A stretch of 64,000 nt of DNA from Minutocellus sp. GHC0000111. Lineage: Eukaryota. The stretch covers positions 5,952,001-6,016,000 of the forward strand of contig OZ361256.1 in assembly GCA_977018835.1 (NCBI GenBank). The letters are read 5' to 3'. This document shows, one piece after another, positions 51,315 through 62,188 of this stretch. Made by a program: the position numbers and the translations under genes. Under the pieces are notes generated by a model that worked only from the letters and a program-made list of their open reading frames with translations, had not been told where the DNA came from and ran no database searches. The number at the start of each line of letters is the position of its first letter. Within the stretch, counting starts at the first letter, position 1.

Positions 51315-51860
51315 CTATTCAGGCATCACAATTGGGTCGTGCTCATCGGCAAGCACATGGAGGGGGAAAATCTGCCCTCCTCGTTCGATATATTTCGCCC
51401 ATTCAAGCAACTCCCTTCCTCTCAACCCTTCTGGTGGAGGAATTCCTGCCTTTTGTTCGAGTTCCTCAACACTCATCCACGCTGCGCCTTTACTCTCGGC
51501 ATCTGGCATGGACTTGGGAGCTTGGTATGGGTCCTCTGGTTCAGCAAAAAATATGACCCGTTGGCGCCCGCCATACTTATTCATGCTGTTTTCGATCCTC
51601 AATATTCCCATCAACTTCACTTTTATGCCTGCCTCTTCCTCCGTCTCGCGAATAGCAGCTGTGAAATGAGAGTCGGTATTCTCTACGAAGCCCCCTGGTA
51701 ACCACCAGCCTCTCTCTTTGTTCTCTTCCACAGCGAGCCATCTCTTGGATAATGGGTGGCGGCAAACAACCAAACTGAAAGGGTGGGTCGGACAGCCCGT
51801 CGATCGGTTCCACTTGGTCTTGGGCATGATGGATCGTTTGAGATGCTCAACTGTCTTCAC
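51315..51860 (-). CDS. Nudix hydrolase (last exon; 5' exon unresolved)
   Basis: Nudix box WLPGGFVENTDSHFTAAIRETEEEAG, preceded by acceptor TTACAG. Confidence 0.88.
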   Translation of the reverse strand: MKTVEHLKRSIMPKTKWNRSTGCPTHPFSLVVCRHPLSKRWLAVEENKERGWWLPGGFVENTDSHFTAAIRETEEEAGIKVKLMGILRIENSMNKYGGRQRVIFFAEPEDPYQAPKSMPDAESKGAAWMSVEELEQKAGIPPPEGLRGRELLEWAKYIERGGQIFPLHVLADEHDPIVMPE

Positions 51861-52148
51861 CTGTAAATAAATAAAATATTATGTAAAATTTACAATGAGT
51901 TCGCAGAAGTCTGTTCTCGCAAATACAAATATAATAGGAATTCCAGCATCAGTGCGGACACGCCATTGTTTGATCTGCAAACTTGGCTGGCAAAATCCCC
52001 GAGTCTCCCTGATTTCCACCGAGCGACCTCTCCGGCTGCTACGGCGCGAAATCGAAAAGCCTCCCCGGCCCTTCTCTTCTCTTCTTTATTCCCCCCCGTG
52101 CTCCTCCACTCGGGTTCAGCCAACCACTCGCTCCCCAAGCAAAGAAAG

Positions 52149-55100
52149 ATGGCCGCCCAACGAAGGCGCGGCGAATTGCTGGGCAATGGCGGCGGCGGAC
52201 CCCTCCTCGGGGGCGGCGCCGGTGCCGCAGGCGGTCCATCGGGACCAAACGGTAGAGGCTGGACTGTCGCACGCCGAGCACTCCTAACATCGGCACGTCG
52301 AAAGCAATCCATGCGCAATCTCGGAAATGCATCGGGAGATGGTCTCAACTTTGAAGGGATACCGGTTTCCATCCCCGAAGAGGATGCCGAGACAGATCTG
52401 CATCTGGCATTCCGAACGCAGTCCTCTCTGTCGGTGATCAAGGAGTACTTTTACATGGCCATTGAGGAGAATGGCGGAAGAGAGCACATCTGTGGTGAAA
52501 CCGACGCATCGGGCAGGCTCCTTTTGCACTGCATCGGCCTCAACCACACCCTGATTCTCAACGCAGACGGATCAATCAATACCACGACGGCGGGGCTGGT
52601 GGAAGATTTCATACTGAACGAGCTGCTTCCATCGTACCCGTCGGCCATTATCGAGGAGGATGACGACCGCAACCTGCCCTTCATGGAACCAATATCTTCG
52701 TGGGCCAAGGAGCGGCAGGAGGAACGGAGAAAGGCGGCCCAAGAGCGGGAGAGTTCGAGCAACCTGGCTGACATTGTGCAGCAAGCTGCTAAGGCATTCT
52801 TCTCCAAGCGCACGCTGGAGGCTCTAGCACGTGGCAGTGGTGCGACGCAAGAAGAATATGAGAATGGCACCAGTAATATTGACGACGAGCCACAAGCGCC
52901 TGCAACGACCTACGATTTGCCACCTCACGTGGAGTGGTGTTTAGGGATGCTGTCGCACATCATCATGTCCAAGCTTCGACCCCGCCCGGTCCATCGGGGT
53001 GGCCATTTCGATCCCAATTCTTCGGTCGATGGATTGTTCGACGAGAGCGCCACCTCGTTTGGTGACGCGGCTGATCTCATATCTGAGGGGACCGCAAGCA
53101 AATCCGAGGCGGAGTTTGACTCTTTGTTTGTGATCAACGAGGAAGGCATCATTGAGATGGTCAATGAGGCTGCCACCAAAGAGTTTGGGTGGACACAACA
53201 GGAATTTATTGGAAATAACATTAGCATGATTTGCGGTGGTGGACATGGGCCCAAGCACGACCAGTATCTCAAGAACTATCTCAAAACTGGAATCAAGAAG
53301 GTTATGGGCAAGCACGACAGAATATTACATGCCAGGCGCAAAGATGGCTTGGAGTTTGAGATTAGCCTTGGCATTACCGAAACTCCCGTTGGGTCGGGGC
53401 TGCCGAGGCGATTCTGTGGCTTCGTCAAGCACAAAAAGAAGGGCGCGGGACGGCCAAGTACAAAGAGCGAAGATCCGAGGGCACCTGCCGGGGGCTTGGC
53501 TCGGCCACGTCGTACTAGCATCGGATACGACTCGCACTCCGACTTGTCTTCACTTGGTAAGCGATCCAATCGTGGTGTGTATCAGTTCGGAGCTGTTTAT
53601 AACGAGCTCATTGTGGAACATATGTCACAAATAAAGGGGATAATCAAGGAGCTACTCCTCATCGAGGACGAGACCACAAGAGATCGAGTGTTTCAGCTGT
53701 CGATTGTTCAGCAAGTTTTACTGTGTTCAGATTCCTTCGGCGATGGCTCCTGGTTAATCAAACTCTTAACATCAAGCAGCGACGTCGCCCATTACGCGAC
53801 TGATGTTCCACCATCTAGAGAGTCCTCAATGAGAGGAAGTGCCCTCTTCCGTGAAAGAATCGACCAAGAGAACCACGACATTGATCCTGCCGAATGTGCC
53901 GTCTTTTATCTTGAGAGAATATCAAATCTGTCTATAATTGACGATAACAGTAACATGTCTGGGACCGCATCTCGTGCAGGTGCTGCTACCGCAGCGTCAA
54001 TGGCTGAAAAGAGGACTCAACTGTATGACGGTATCAGTAATTTGGAGGGTATTATTCGCAGCCTCTGTGCACTTGAGAATAACCTACTGAAACGAGCAGC
54101 TGTCACAAGAGTTGTCCAACGTGCCTTGGATAGAAAGATTTTTAGCCCCTTTGCCTTGACGGCGGCCCTCTTCGATGGAATATTTCATTTATTGTTCATT
54201 GCAGCCTTTCGTCTCGGCCCGGCGGAGGGTATGTTCCACATCTCAGTCCACGATACGTTGTTTCCGGCACAGCAATATCTCTTTTCGAGCATTGTGCTGA
54301 TAGCCGCGATCGGATATTTTACTCGTCAAAAGATTCACCTAATCAAGACCAAAAAGTTTACCCGCGAAGAAACTATCAAGGCGAAACTATTGAATCCCTG
54401 GAGCTTGCTCACGGAAGTCTTGCCGATCGTGCTAGCATCTTACTGCATCATTGCAATTGATTGGCATCTGCGTTGGAGGTCCAAATTGCACATCGAAGAC
54501 AGTTCGATTCCATTTCATTTACGGTCCGCTGTTGCTTTGACCACTCCACTATTATGGTTTCGGGTGCTTGGGCATCTCAAGATGTTCAATCATCAGCTTG
54601 CGACCTTTGTCCTCTGCTCAGTGGAAATCATGAGGGATATCAAATGGTTCATGCTAGTGCTAATAATCATCATCGCTTCGTTTGCTCAAATGCTCGTGTC
54701 TTTGACGTTTGATGGGTATGACCAAGATAACATAACCGGCTCATCGGCGACCGGATTATTCTCCTTTGACTCATACCTAAAAGCATACACCCTAATGCTC
54801 GGTGATGTCGATATGGAATTCCTTCAGGCGCACTCCGGCATTGTCGTCCTTTTCGTTCTGTATACTTTTGGCGTCACTGTAGTGCTTCTCAATATCCTTA
54901 TTGCGATTGTCTCAGAGTCATATGCCAATGCGGTCTTTTCCTCTACATTGATGCTCGGTAAGGCCAGGATTTTGTTTGTCAGCGATATTATGGCCATGAA
55001 AGGACGCTATTCGATGAAAGGAAGGGCAATTGAAAAGAGTTCAAACAAAAATGCTGCTATTGCGCTCATGTTGTCGGCTGTTTGGATCAAATCAGTCGTC

Positions 55101-55745
55101 AGCTCCGTGCTTATCAAGCTTGACTGTATGAACTTGGCTCCACCGACACTGGTTTTCGGTTTGTCTACAATTGAAATCAAGGCCATCGTAATTTTCTTCG
55201 TCCTTTTTGGCATCATAAGAACACACAAGGCCGCCATGACGTACTCTCTTGCTATTAGCCCCTGTTCACTCCAAGAAAGACGAGCATCTGCAAAACTCCC
55301 AGCATTCAGCATTCTCGCCGAAAGGCTTCAGGCATATATTGGCAGAAACATCGATTCCCTTACAGATAGCGACGGCGCCAAAACTCATCAGTCAGAGATG
55401 TCAGATGCAAATACTGCAGCCCACAGCAAAATTGCCAACGACCGACGTTTGCAGCGAGCATTGGCCGCCACAAGAAAGGATCTCAAGGCCGAGATAAAAA
55501 CATCGGCAGACCAAATGCGACATATTATCCAAGAGGGGGAAGATAAAACGCAGGCTAGCATCGCCATTTGCGAGAATCATCTATCCTCATCCCTAGCCGA
55601 TGTCGCTAGCATGCAAGAGCGCATCGACTCTGCCATTGCTGCATCCGAAGAGAGGATCATTAAGGCATTGTCATCGACATTGGACACGCTGCTCAATGAA
55701 GGCCGACCGATCGATAATGGAAATATGCAACCGGAGCAAGAGTAA
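52149..55745 (+). CDS. TRP-like cation channel fused to a FixL-type PAS domain
   Basis: PAS at ~53110-53430 (VINEEGII..VNEAA..FGW...IGNNI...HDQYL..Y...RRKDG). Channel TM region ~54150-54960 (WFRVLGHL...ATFV...IMRDIKWF...LMLGD...VLLNILIAIVSESY). C-terminal coiled coil. Confidence 0.85.
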   Translation: MAAQRRRGELLGNGGGGPLLGGGAGAAGGPSGPNGRGWTVARRALLTSARRKQSMRNLGNASGDGLNFEGIPVSIPEEDAETDLHLAFRTQSSLSVIKEYFYMAIEENGGREHICGETDASGRLLLHCIGLNHTLILNADGSINTTTAGLVEDFILNELLPSYPSAIIEEDDDRNLPFMEPISSWAKERQEERRKAAQERESSSNLADIVQQAAKAFFSKRTLEALARGSGATQEEYENGTSNIDDEPQAPATTYDLPPHVEWCLGMLSHIIMSKLRPRPVHRGGHFDPNSSVDGLFDESATSFGDAADLISEGTASKSEAEFDSLFVINEEGIIEMVNEAATKEFGWTQQEFIGNNISMICGGGHGPKHDQYLKNYLKTGIKKVMGKHDRILHARRKDGLEFEISLGITETPVGSGLPRRFCGFVKHKKKGAGRPSTKSEDPRAPAGGLARPRRTSIGYDSHSDLSSLGKRSNRGVYQFGAVYNELIVEHMSQIKGIIKELLLIEDETTRDRVFQLSIVQQVLLCSDSFGDGSWLIKLLTSSSDVAHYATDVPPSRESSMRGSALFRERIDQENHDIDPAECAVFYLERISNLSIIDDNSNMSGTASRAGAATAASMAEKRTQLYDGISNLEGIIRSLCALENNLLKRAAVTRVVQRALDRKIFSPFALTAALFDGIFHLLFIAAFRLGPAEGMFHISVHDTLFPAQQYLFSSIVLIAAIGYFTRQKIHLIKTKKFTREETIKAKLLNPWSLLTEVLPIVLASYCIIAIDWHLRWRSKLHIEDSSIPFHLRSAVALTTPLLWFRVLGHLKMFNHQLATFVLCSVEIMRDIKWFMLVLIIIIASFAQMLVSLTFDGYDQDNITGSSATGLFSFDSYLKAYTLMLGDVDMEFLQAHSGIVVLFVLYTFGVTVVLLNILIAIVSESYANAVFSSTLMLGKARILFVSDIMAMKGRYSMKGRAIEKSSNKNAAIALMLSAVWIKSVVSSVLIKLDCMNLAPPTLVFGLSTIEIKAIVIFFVLFGIIRTHKAAMTYSLAISPCSLQERRASAKLPAFSILAERLQAYIGRNIDSLTDSDGAKTHQSEMSDANTAAHSKIANDRRLQRALAATRKDLKAEIKTSADQMRHIIQEGEDKTQASIAICENHLSSSLADVASMQERIDSAIAASEERIIKALSSTLDTLLNEGRPIDNGNMQPEQE

Positions 55746-55979
55746 TTTACCAGCAAGTCGTACGAAAGGGGCGTTTGTCTGTTAGGAAATTAGAATGAAT
55801 ATGAATACTTTAAATGTTATATCACTGCCGCCAAAATTGTTCCTTGCACGCGCATCTATCTCTTCCCTCAACTATGACCGTCCGAAATGTGTAATCTGTT
55901 TCCACATCCTCCGCAAGAGTAGAGGGGTCAAGCTGAGCTGTAGCTTGCTTTAGACTGCCTTTTCCACTGCTGGTGCAAT

Positions 55980-57427
55980 TTATTGGAAAACAATCTCCTT
56001 GTCTGTTTGCCGGGATCGAGATCCACCACCGCTGCCACCATCTCCGCCATCATTCTTGAACAGAGAGCCAATGGCGGTAGCGCCGGCAAGAACGCCGGCG
56101 GCAACACCGGCACCGACCAAGGCATCGCTCGACGGGGACATCTCGGAAAGACTTCCGAGCATGGTGTCCTCATCGTACAGGTAGGCAAGGAGGTTGTCCG
56201 TCACAACGGAGTTGCCGCCCTCTGCCTTTTTGAGACTCTGTAGGTTTGAAGAGCGATGAAGAATTGGATGGGAAATGATTAGTTTGTGAAAAAAACCAAA
56301 AATACCGCGTCTGCATGCATTTGCAGCACATGTTAAAAATTATGCCAATAGCGTGATATTTCATCCTCTTTCTTTCATTCCAACATACTTACCTGGAAGG
56401 TGATTGGCTTGAAGTAGTCCTCCACCCGGTTCTTGCCGTCGGGATTGCCGCGGTTGATGACGATGCCACCGAGAAAAATGACCTCGGTAATGCCCTGCCA
56501 GAATCCTGGCTTCTTGATGGCACCATCGACCTCCCTGAGGAGGAGATCGCTGACCATGTCGTACATCTTGTTGCTGACCATGGCAATGAGGGCGTTCTGG
56601 TCCGGTCCGTCCAGACCCTCGCGCTCCATTCGGGCGCGGAGGTCACGGATGATGAAATCCTCCTGCACATCGGGCTGGGTGGTCTCGTAGGGGAATCCCT
56701 CGAGCTGGGTACCGGCCAGGCCGGTTACCATCTGCTTCTCCCGCTCGGCCTTGATGGCCTTGTAAGCGCCGAGGGCGGCACCGCAGGCACCACTGGGCTT
56801 GTCCATTCCCACTCTCTCAACTTTCCCAACTACACCGTCGGCGGAAATGCCAACATGAGGTCCGTACACGATGACAATGTGTCCGTCCTTGGGACTGTGC
56901 GAAAAGAAGGCCCCGAAGCCCGAGGGACCGACGAAGGGAACACCGCCGAGACCACCGAGGTTGAACACACCACCGCTGTTGGCCTTGGTCAGACCGTCCT
57001 GCAGACCGGCGAAGAGGGAGAGGTCGGTGTCGTTGATCTCGTCACTGCAAAGCGAGGAGGCCAACAGGGTGTTGTCCGGCTGGTATCCGCGCGCGCGGAG
57101 GGTGCGGATGACGCGGTCGGCCACCTTGGAATTGGGCAGGGAGGCCGGGAAGTACTGGCGGCAGGACCGCTCAAATGCCGAGTAGTCCGTGGCAGCCGAT
57201 GCAGCCTGGGGATTGACGGCCAGCGAGGCTGGAAGGCCAGCAGCTACGAGCGAGGCGGTGACGGCCGACAGGGGAGCCTTGATGCGTGCATCGCGGGCCG
57301 AGATGGAGGCAGCACTGGCACTGCTCTCGGCATTGAGGCTCGTCGCTACCGAACGAGGAGCCGAGGTGGAGCCAGGAGAAAAGGCCGTGGCAGCCACGGG
57401 CAAGAACATCAACGTGGAGAACTTCAT
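55980..57427 (-). CDS. LCIB-family theta carbonic anhydrase, predicted thylakoid-lumen targeted (intron 56238-56392)
   Basis: LCSDE, LGGLGGVPF.G..GFGA..SH, YGPHVGI, ACGA (Cys/His/Cys ligands), LGGIVIN. Presequence MKFSTLMFLPVAATA-FSP plus a second hydrophobic segment ending AASA. Confidence 0.9.
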
Positions 57428-57730
57428 CTTATTGGTGATGTGTTCTTTGTAGTGGGAGGAGCAAGGCAATGGGAATATGGCACAACCTTGGCCTTTGCGC
57501 GGTAAAAGAACAAAGGAGAAGGACGGAGAAGTCGACACATACGTGGATTCCCGGAACTTCAGGGGGTATTGTGTTCCCGCCCCTTTATAAAGGGGATAAC
57601 GAGCAATTGTAGTCCCGCCGGGAGACCCCAAAATCAGATGCGCAAACCAAGCACATGCGATGCATCATGTGTTCATTTTGCCGTTTGCGTTTGCGTATCT
57701 TGATCAGCCAAGCTTTGTGTCTCAAGCACG

Positions 57731-59122
57731 ATGAGCAGCCAGCAAGCACCACCCACAGTTATAAAGGCTGACTCTCTCCAATCGGGGAGAATTCCGTCCC
57801 CGTCGCCGTCCATGGTATCCGATGGCTCGGCGCAGGAGGGCTTCGAGGTGAAATTCAGCGCATCCGGTGATGCGTCCTCTGTTGGCGGCGGCGGCGTTGG
57901 CGGCCCCACCCCCCTCCTCCAGCGGATCGACCGATCGGCCTCGACCAAGGGCATGTCGGCGGCCTTTTCGCTCGACTACGACAAGCCACCCAATCAGGCC
58001 CTTGTGTTTGTCAAGCCCCACGCGCACAACGCCGCCGTTTGTGAGCTGGTGGAAAAATCACTCCACGAGAACATTGCTGGTGGATGTCAAATTATCTTTA
58101 GCTGCGTTGTCAGCGGTACGAGGATTGGCAGGAAGAGACTGATCGATCGACACTACCAGTCCATTGCGCGATATGCCACGGAACTCGATGCTGACAAGCT
58201 GGCCTTTGACGTGAGCAAGTTTGACAATAAGTTCAAGGGTGAAAAGTGGTCCAAGGTACTCACGGACAAGCGTGCCTGCAACGCCGTCCAAGCCTTGTCC
58301 AAGTTGGGATGTGATCCTGACCAACTGGAGGTAGCGTGGAGACGTGCCGAGGCGGCCGATCGCACCGCCAAGCTTGGGCCCGGTCTGTACATTGGTCTGG
58401 TGGAAAGTCCGACCGATGATCAAACGTCCATGTATGTCGTCAATGGTTTTTACATGGTCATGAGGGGCAAGTACATCGGCGAGGACAAGTCCATCCGTTG
58501 CTACGTCGTGCAGTTCGACGAGCGGAGCTGTCCCTGGAAAGATTTCCGATCAAAGGTCATTGGCGCTACTGATCCGACCAAGGCGGCCGAGGGCAGCTTA
58601 CGCCATACCATTTTGAAGAGGTGAGAATACCATTTTGAAGAATTGAGGGTCGATATGGAGTCTCTCAAAATTTGGTGCCATGATATTTTTATTACCTTTT
58701 GTTATTTATCTCAGTACGGCACGTCATGCTCTCTGCGTTGTTTATTTTGCAGGTACAAGGAGCTCGGTTTGGATTTAGAGCCAAGCACGGGCAACAACGC
58801 TGTGCATGCCTCGGCATCGCCACTGGAAGGGTTGGCGGAACGGTGCAATTGGCTCAGCACGACACCTTCGGAGGATTCCTTTGGCAAAGCCCTTTTGGCG
58901 AGGGGCATACTGGAATCGACCATACTGAAGTGGATGGATGATCCTGATATCACCTTTCCGCCATCGACCGCCGACGGCAGCCGCAAGAAGGGCAGTCTAT
59001 TTGACGATGTGGAGGACATGGATTCTGCTGCCTGCATGCAGCGGTTGCTATCGATTTATGATGACGAACTGTTCTCAAAGAATGGGGATGTTGTTTGTGC
59101 ACCGTGCTGCGTGGTGTCGTAA
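57731..59122 (+). CDS. Nucleoside-diphosphate-kinase-like protein with a C-terminal CaaX (intron 58621-58752)
   Basis: ALVFVKPHA, IDRHY, NGFY, IGATDP..A..GSLR, NAVHASASP.EG..E; ends CAPCCVVS. Confidence 0.85.
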
Positions 59123-59314
59123 TCTTATCAAGTAAGCATCTATCTCTTTGGAACCAGTGTTATTATACATACCAGAGCTGCCGACTGCCGATGGGAGTTT
59201 TTTTGCCTTTTGTGTTGTGCCTCGAAATCGCTCGATGTCGTCTGTCCTTCATCGGAGATTCGCGCGCAAGAGTCAGCAGAGAGAAGCAGCAAAGAGCACA
59301 ACTCAAAGAACAAG

Positions 59315-60247
59315 ATGACGACCAGCAATGAAAACAACTCTTCGATTTCCGCTGCCACCAGCACCCAGTCTGGCGTGGATGTTCCCACCCTCCTCGCGGC
59401 CGGGTCGACGGAAGGTGCGCCAGTGAAGAATCTGCTCTCGGCAATCGCTCTCTCGTCTCAGTTATCTAATGCCACCCTCCCAGAGGCGAGGGATGCCGCT
59501 TTGGCTCTGCGTCAGGACTTCACTGGGTCATCCAAAGGTGGGAGTCAGAAGGGATGCACTGCAACGATAATCATCTCCAATAAGACAGCGACCTTGCTCA
59601 AGCATGATAAAGGGTCCGCGAGGCGAGGGCAAGTTCATGGACCTGCAACGAGGAATCCTTATGTGAAGAATTTTCCCATGGAGATTGGTGCTGGAACCAA
59701 TGCATATTTTTTGCAAGTCAACCCGTCAAAATCAGCCATGGGCCAGCCCACATATGAAGGCGTTGAAGGCTTGTTTGCTCTTCGCATTGTAGTCTATGAT
59801 GTGTCGAAAAAAGCGTGGGTAGACTCCTCTCAAGCTGTGGCTTTTTCATGGAAAACCTCCCCAGGATCACCACCCAAAAAGAGCAGCGGTGGCGGTCTCC
59901 TTACTGTCCCGCGTGTGCCCAATACAGCAAGGTTCGAGTCAGCGAGTTCTAATACTGAAAGATGGATCAGGCGAAGTGGATGCATCTACGACGGTACCAA
60001 GATATGTTGTGATTTGAAGATAGAGGGAAAAGACGAGATTCACCCGACATTTACATTTACGTTTACGCAGATGGACCGTGGCAACAATGCCAATGACCAG
60101 ACTGTTCCTTTCGGAATGCGAGTGAAGAAGTGGTTTGGCGGTGGCCGGGCTTCTACAGACGAAGCAAGGGAGGCCAACGCAAAGGCGAAGGAAGAGAAGA
60201 GAGAAGACGACAAAAAGTTTGGCGGTATCGATGGGATGACCATGTAA
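59315..60247 (+). CDS. Hypothetical protein
   Basis: Uninterrupted ORF with protein-like composition; no recognised domain. Confidence 0.6.
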   Translation: MTTSNENNSSISAATSTQSGVDVPTLLAAGSTEGAPVKNLLSAIALSSQLSNATLPEARDAALALRQDFTGSSKGGSQKGCTATIIISNKTATLLKHDKGSARRGQVHGPATRNPYVKNFPMEIGAGTNAYFLQVNPSKSAMGQPTYEGVEGLFALRIVVYDVSKKAWVDSSQAVAFSWKTSPGSPPKKSSGGGLLTVPRVPNTARFESASSNTERWIRRSGCIYDGTKICCDLKIEGKDEIHPTFTFTFTQMDRGNNANDQTVPFGMRVKKWFGGGRASTDEAREANAKAKEEKREDDKKFGGIDGMTM

Positions 60248-60311
60248 ACTATCTGTCTAGCTAGACACAAATGTTTATGTTACGTACTAGTATTCAAACT
60301 ATTACTTCCTT

Positions 60312-61595
60312 TCACATCTCATCCGTCGCATGGAATGGGCCGAGAAGATACTTCTGGAAATATTTTACGTAGCTTGGTTGTTGCTGGTTGTCATCGCATC
60401 TTTCACGTCGAAGTATTGCGGCCTCTTCCAATTCCCTTGAACGTTCAAGAGACGCTTTGGTCTTTTTTGACTCTGCCTCGAGAGTGGCTATTTGTTTCTC
60501 CAATATTTGGATCTGGTAATCTTTTTCTAACGATGGCTGCTTGATTGCTCTCACTTCGCTGTCAGACACGGAGTCAAAGATGTGAGCAAACCCATCGAAA
60601 TGAAGGCGAGGTATCCTGTCAACCACAACCAGTCTGATAACGCCAACCTCGTAGCAGACCAAAACAGCACAGATGAAGAGCACAATCAGCATTCGCTTTA
60701 GCCGCTTCCTCCTCCGTCGCTTTCTTCTAATGTATCGTCGAATAGCTTCGTCTCTCTTGGTAGTTTCATGGCTTAAGCTCTCAATGTTATCCGCGTGATC
60801 ATTTAGTGCCCGCAGTAATTGCTTATCCTTCACGGCCAAGAGACGCCGAAGATAATCAATTTCCTCCTCCAACTCACCTGCACTTTCCATGTCATCGTCC
60901 GATGTATCTACAATTGATGATGAAAACAATTTGGCTGGGAATACCGCGCTACCCTTTCTGACGCTCGGTGAAGGGGAACTTCTCCGTGACGAGGATCTCG
61001 TGGGTGTCCGCAACAACATGTTGCTGGCAGCATCGTATGGTCCGGAAACAGTGGGGCCGAACATACTGATCATTGCAGCGATTCGATCTGCAGTCCTTTT
61101 TTTGAGTCGAAATAATTCCTCTTCTGAGATTCTAAAGTCACCGGAGGTGTATGCAATATTGCTGGATAAATGTTGCAGTGTCTGCATTCCACAAACAACC
61201 AGTCTGTAGCTCCAGACAAATTCTGGGAAACTTATCTGACCCTTTTTGCTTTTTGTTTCTGATGCAATTCTCTCATTGTTTGTCTGCTTGCTTAGCCGTT
61301 GAAGCATATACATGAGCTGTCTATCTGCCTTGATCAATTCAACATTGGATATGCTCTGCCGAGTAGCAGTGGAGCTGGCCTTGTTCAAACCGAATTCATC
61401 CTGATTACCAGCAAGAATTTTGTAAGAATAGACAATGCGCTCATAACTGAGTTGGCCTTGGAGCACTTGGGCGTCATCGGTATCAGCGCTGCTAGCCGCC
61501 GATGATGCAGTGCCGATCGATCGACTTGACGACTTTTCTCTGCTACATGTACTTCCGAATCCAAAGAAGCCTGTTCGAGCCGATTTTCGTTTCAT
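60312..61595 (-). CDS. Hypothetical coiled-coil protein with a single TM helix (may extend upstream)
   Basis: 427-aa ORF; a basic stretch followed by hydrophobic MLIVLFICAVLVCY; coiled coils. Confidence 0.65.
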   Translation of the reverse strand: MKRKSARTGFFGFGSTCSREKSSSRSIGTASSAASSADTDDAQVLQGQLSYERIVYSYKILAGNQDEFGLNKASSTATRQSISNVELIKADRQLMYMLQRLSKQTNNERIASETKSKKGQISFPEFVWSYRLVVCGMQTLQHLSSNIAYTSGDFRISEEELFRLKKRTADRIAAMISMFGPTVSGPYDAASNMLLRTPTRSSSRRSSPSPSVRKGSAVFPAKLFSSSIVDTSDDDMESAGELEEEIDYLRRLLAVKDKQLLRALNDHADNIESLSHETTKRDEAIRRYIRRKRRRRKRLKRMLIVLFICAVLVCYEVGVIRLVVVDRIPRLHFDGFAHIFDSVSDSEVRAIKQPSLEKDYQIQILEKQIATLEAESKKTKASLERSRELEEAAILRRERCDDNQQQPSYVKYFQKYLLGPFHATDEM

Positions 61596-62188
61596 GCTCG
61601 CATTGCGATCAGCAGGCAGTCCCTCTTAATCGCATTTCCGACCAATGGTCTGCAGCGTAACAAACAGTGGCCAAAGGTGAGCACAACTTGCCTGAAAGTC
61701 GGCGTCTGCCGTCCGGCTACAGCTCTCGTATAAGAGCAGCTTCTCAATTTGTTGTGACTGTGGATCATCGGCACTTTTTGGCACTGAAATTGTGTCAATC
61801 GACTGAGGCGGCGATATCCTCTCTCGGTCATGAGATCCCTTCATGACTACCTCGCAAAATTTGTAGCAACCTCAGGGGATGAGCTTCCAAGCTGCGCGAC
61901 CAGAGGTGGAGCATCGCGCACGGCCGTTGCGACGACGCGATCGCGACTGCGAACCGATGACAGTGCGAACCCTTCAGCCGTTAATGTAGACTCTGCAGAT
62001 CCACCGAATCCTGGCTCGCCAAGATCTGCTAACTTTAGACACACTCTTATGCGATACCCTCCGACGTTCTACTAGCTATTGCTTTAAGCAAATTTTATAA
62101 TATCACTTCTCTTACTTTTACACATAAACTTGCAGGCGTTGTCGGCATTCGGTACTAGGATGTACCATGCCACCTGAATCTTTTTCCT

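Noticed and set aside
51935..51970. ATG followed by a GC-type donor as the Nudix first exon
   Set aside because: The donor GCGTGT is weak and cannot be supported without transcripts.
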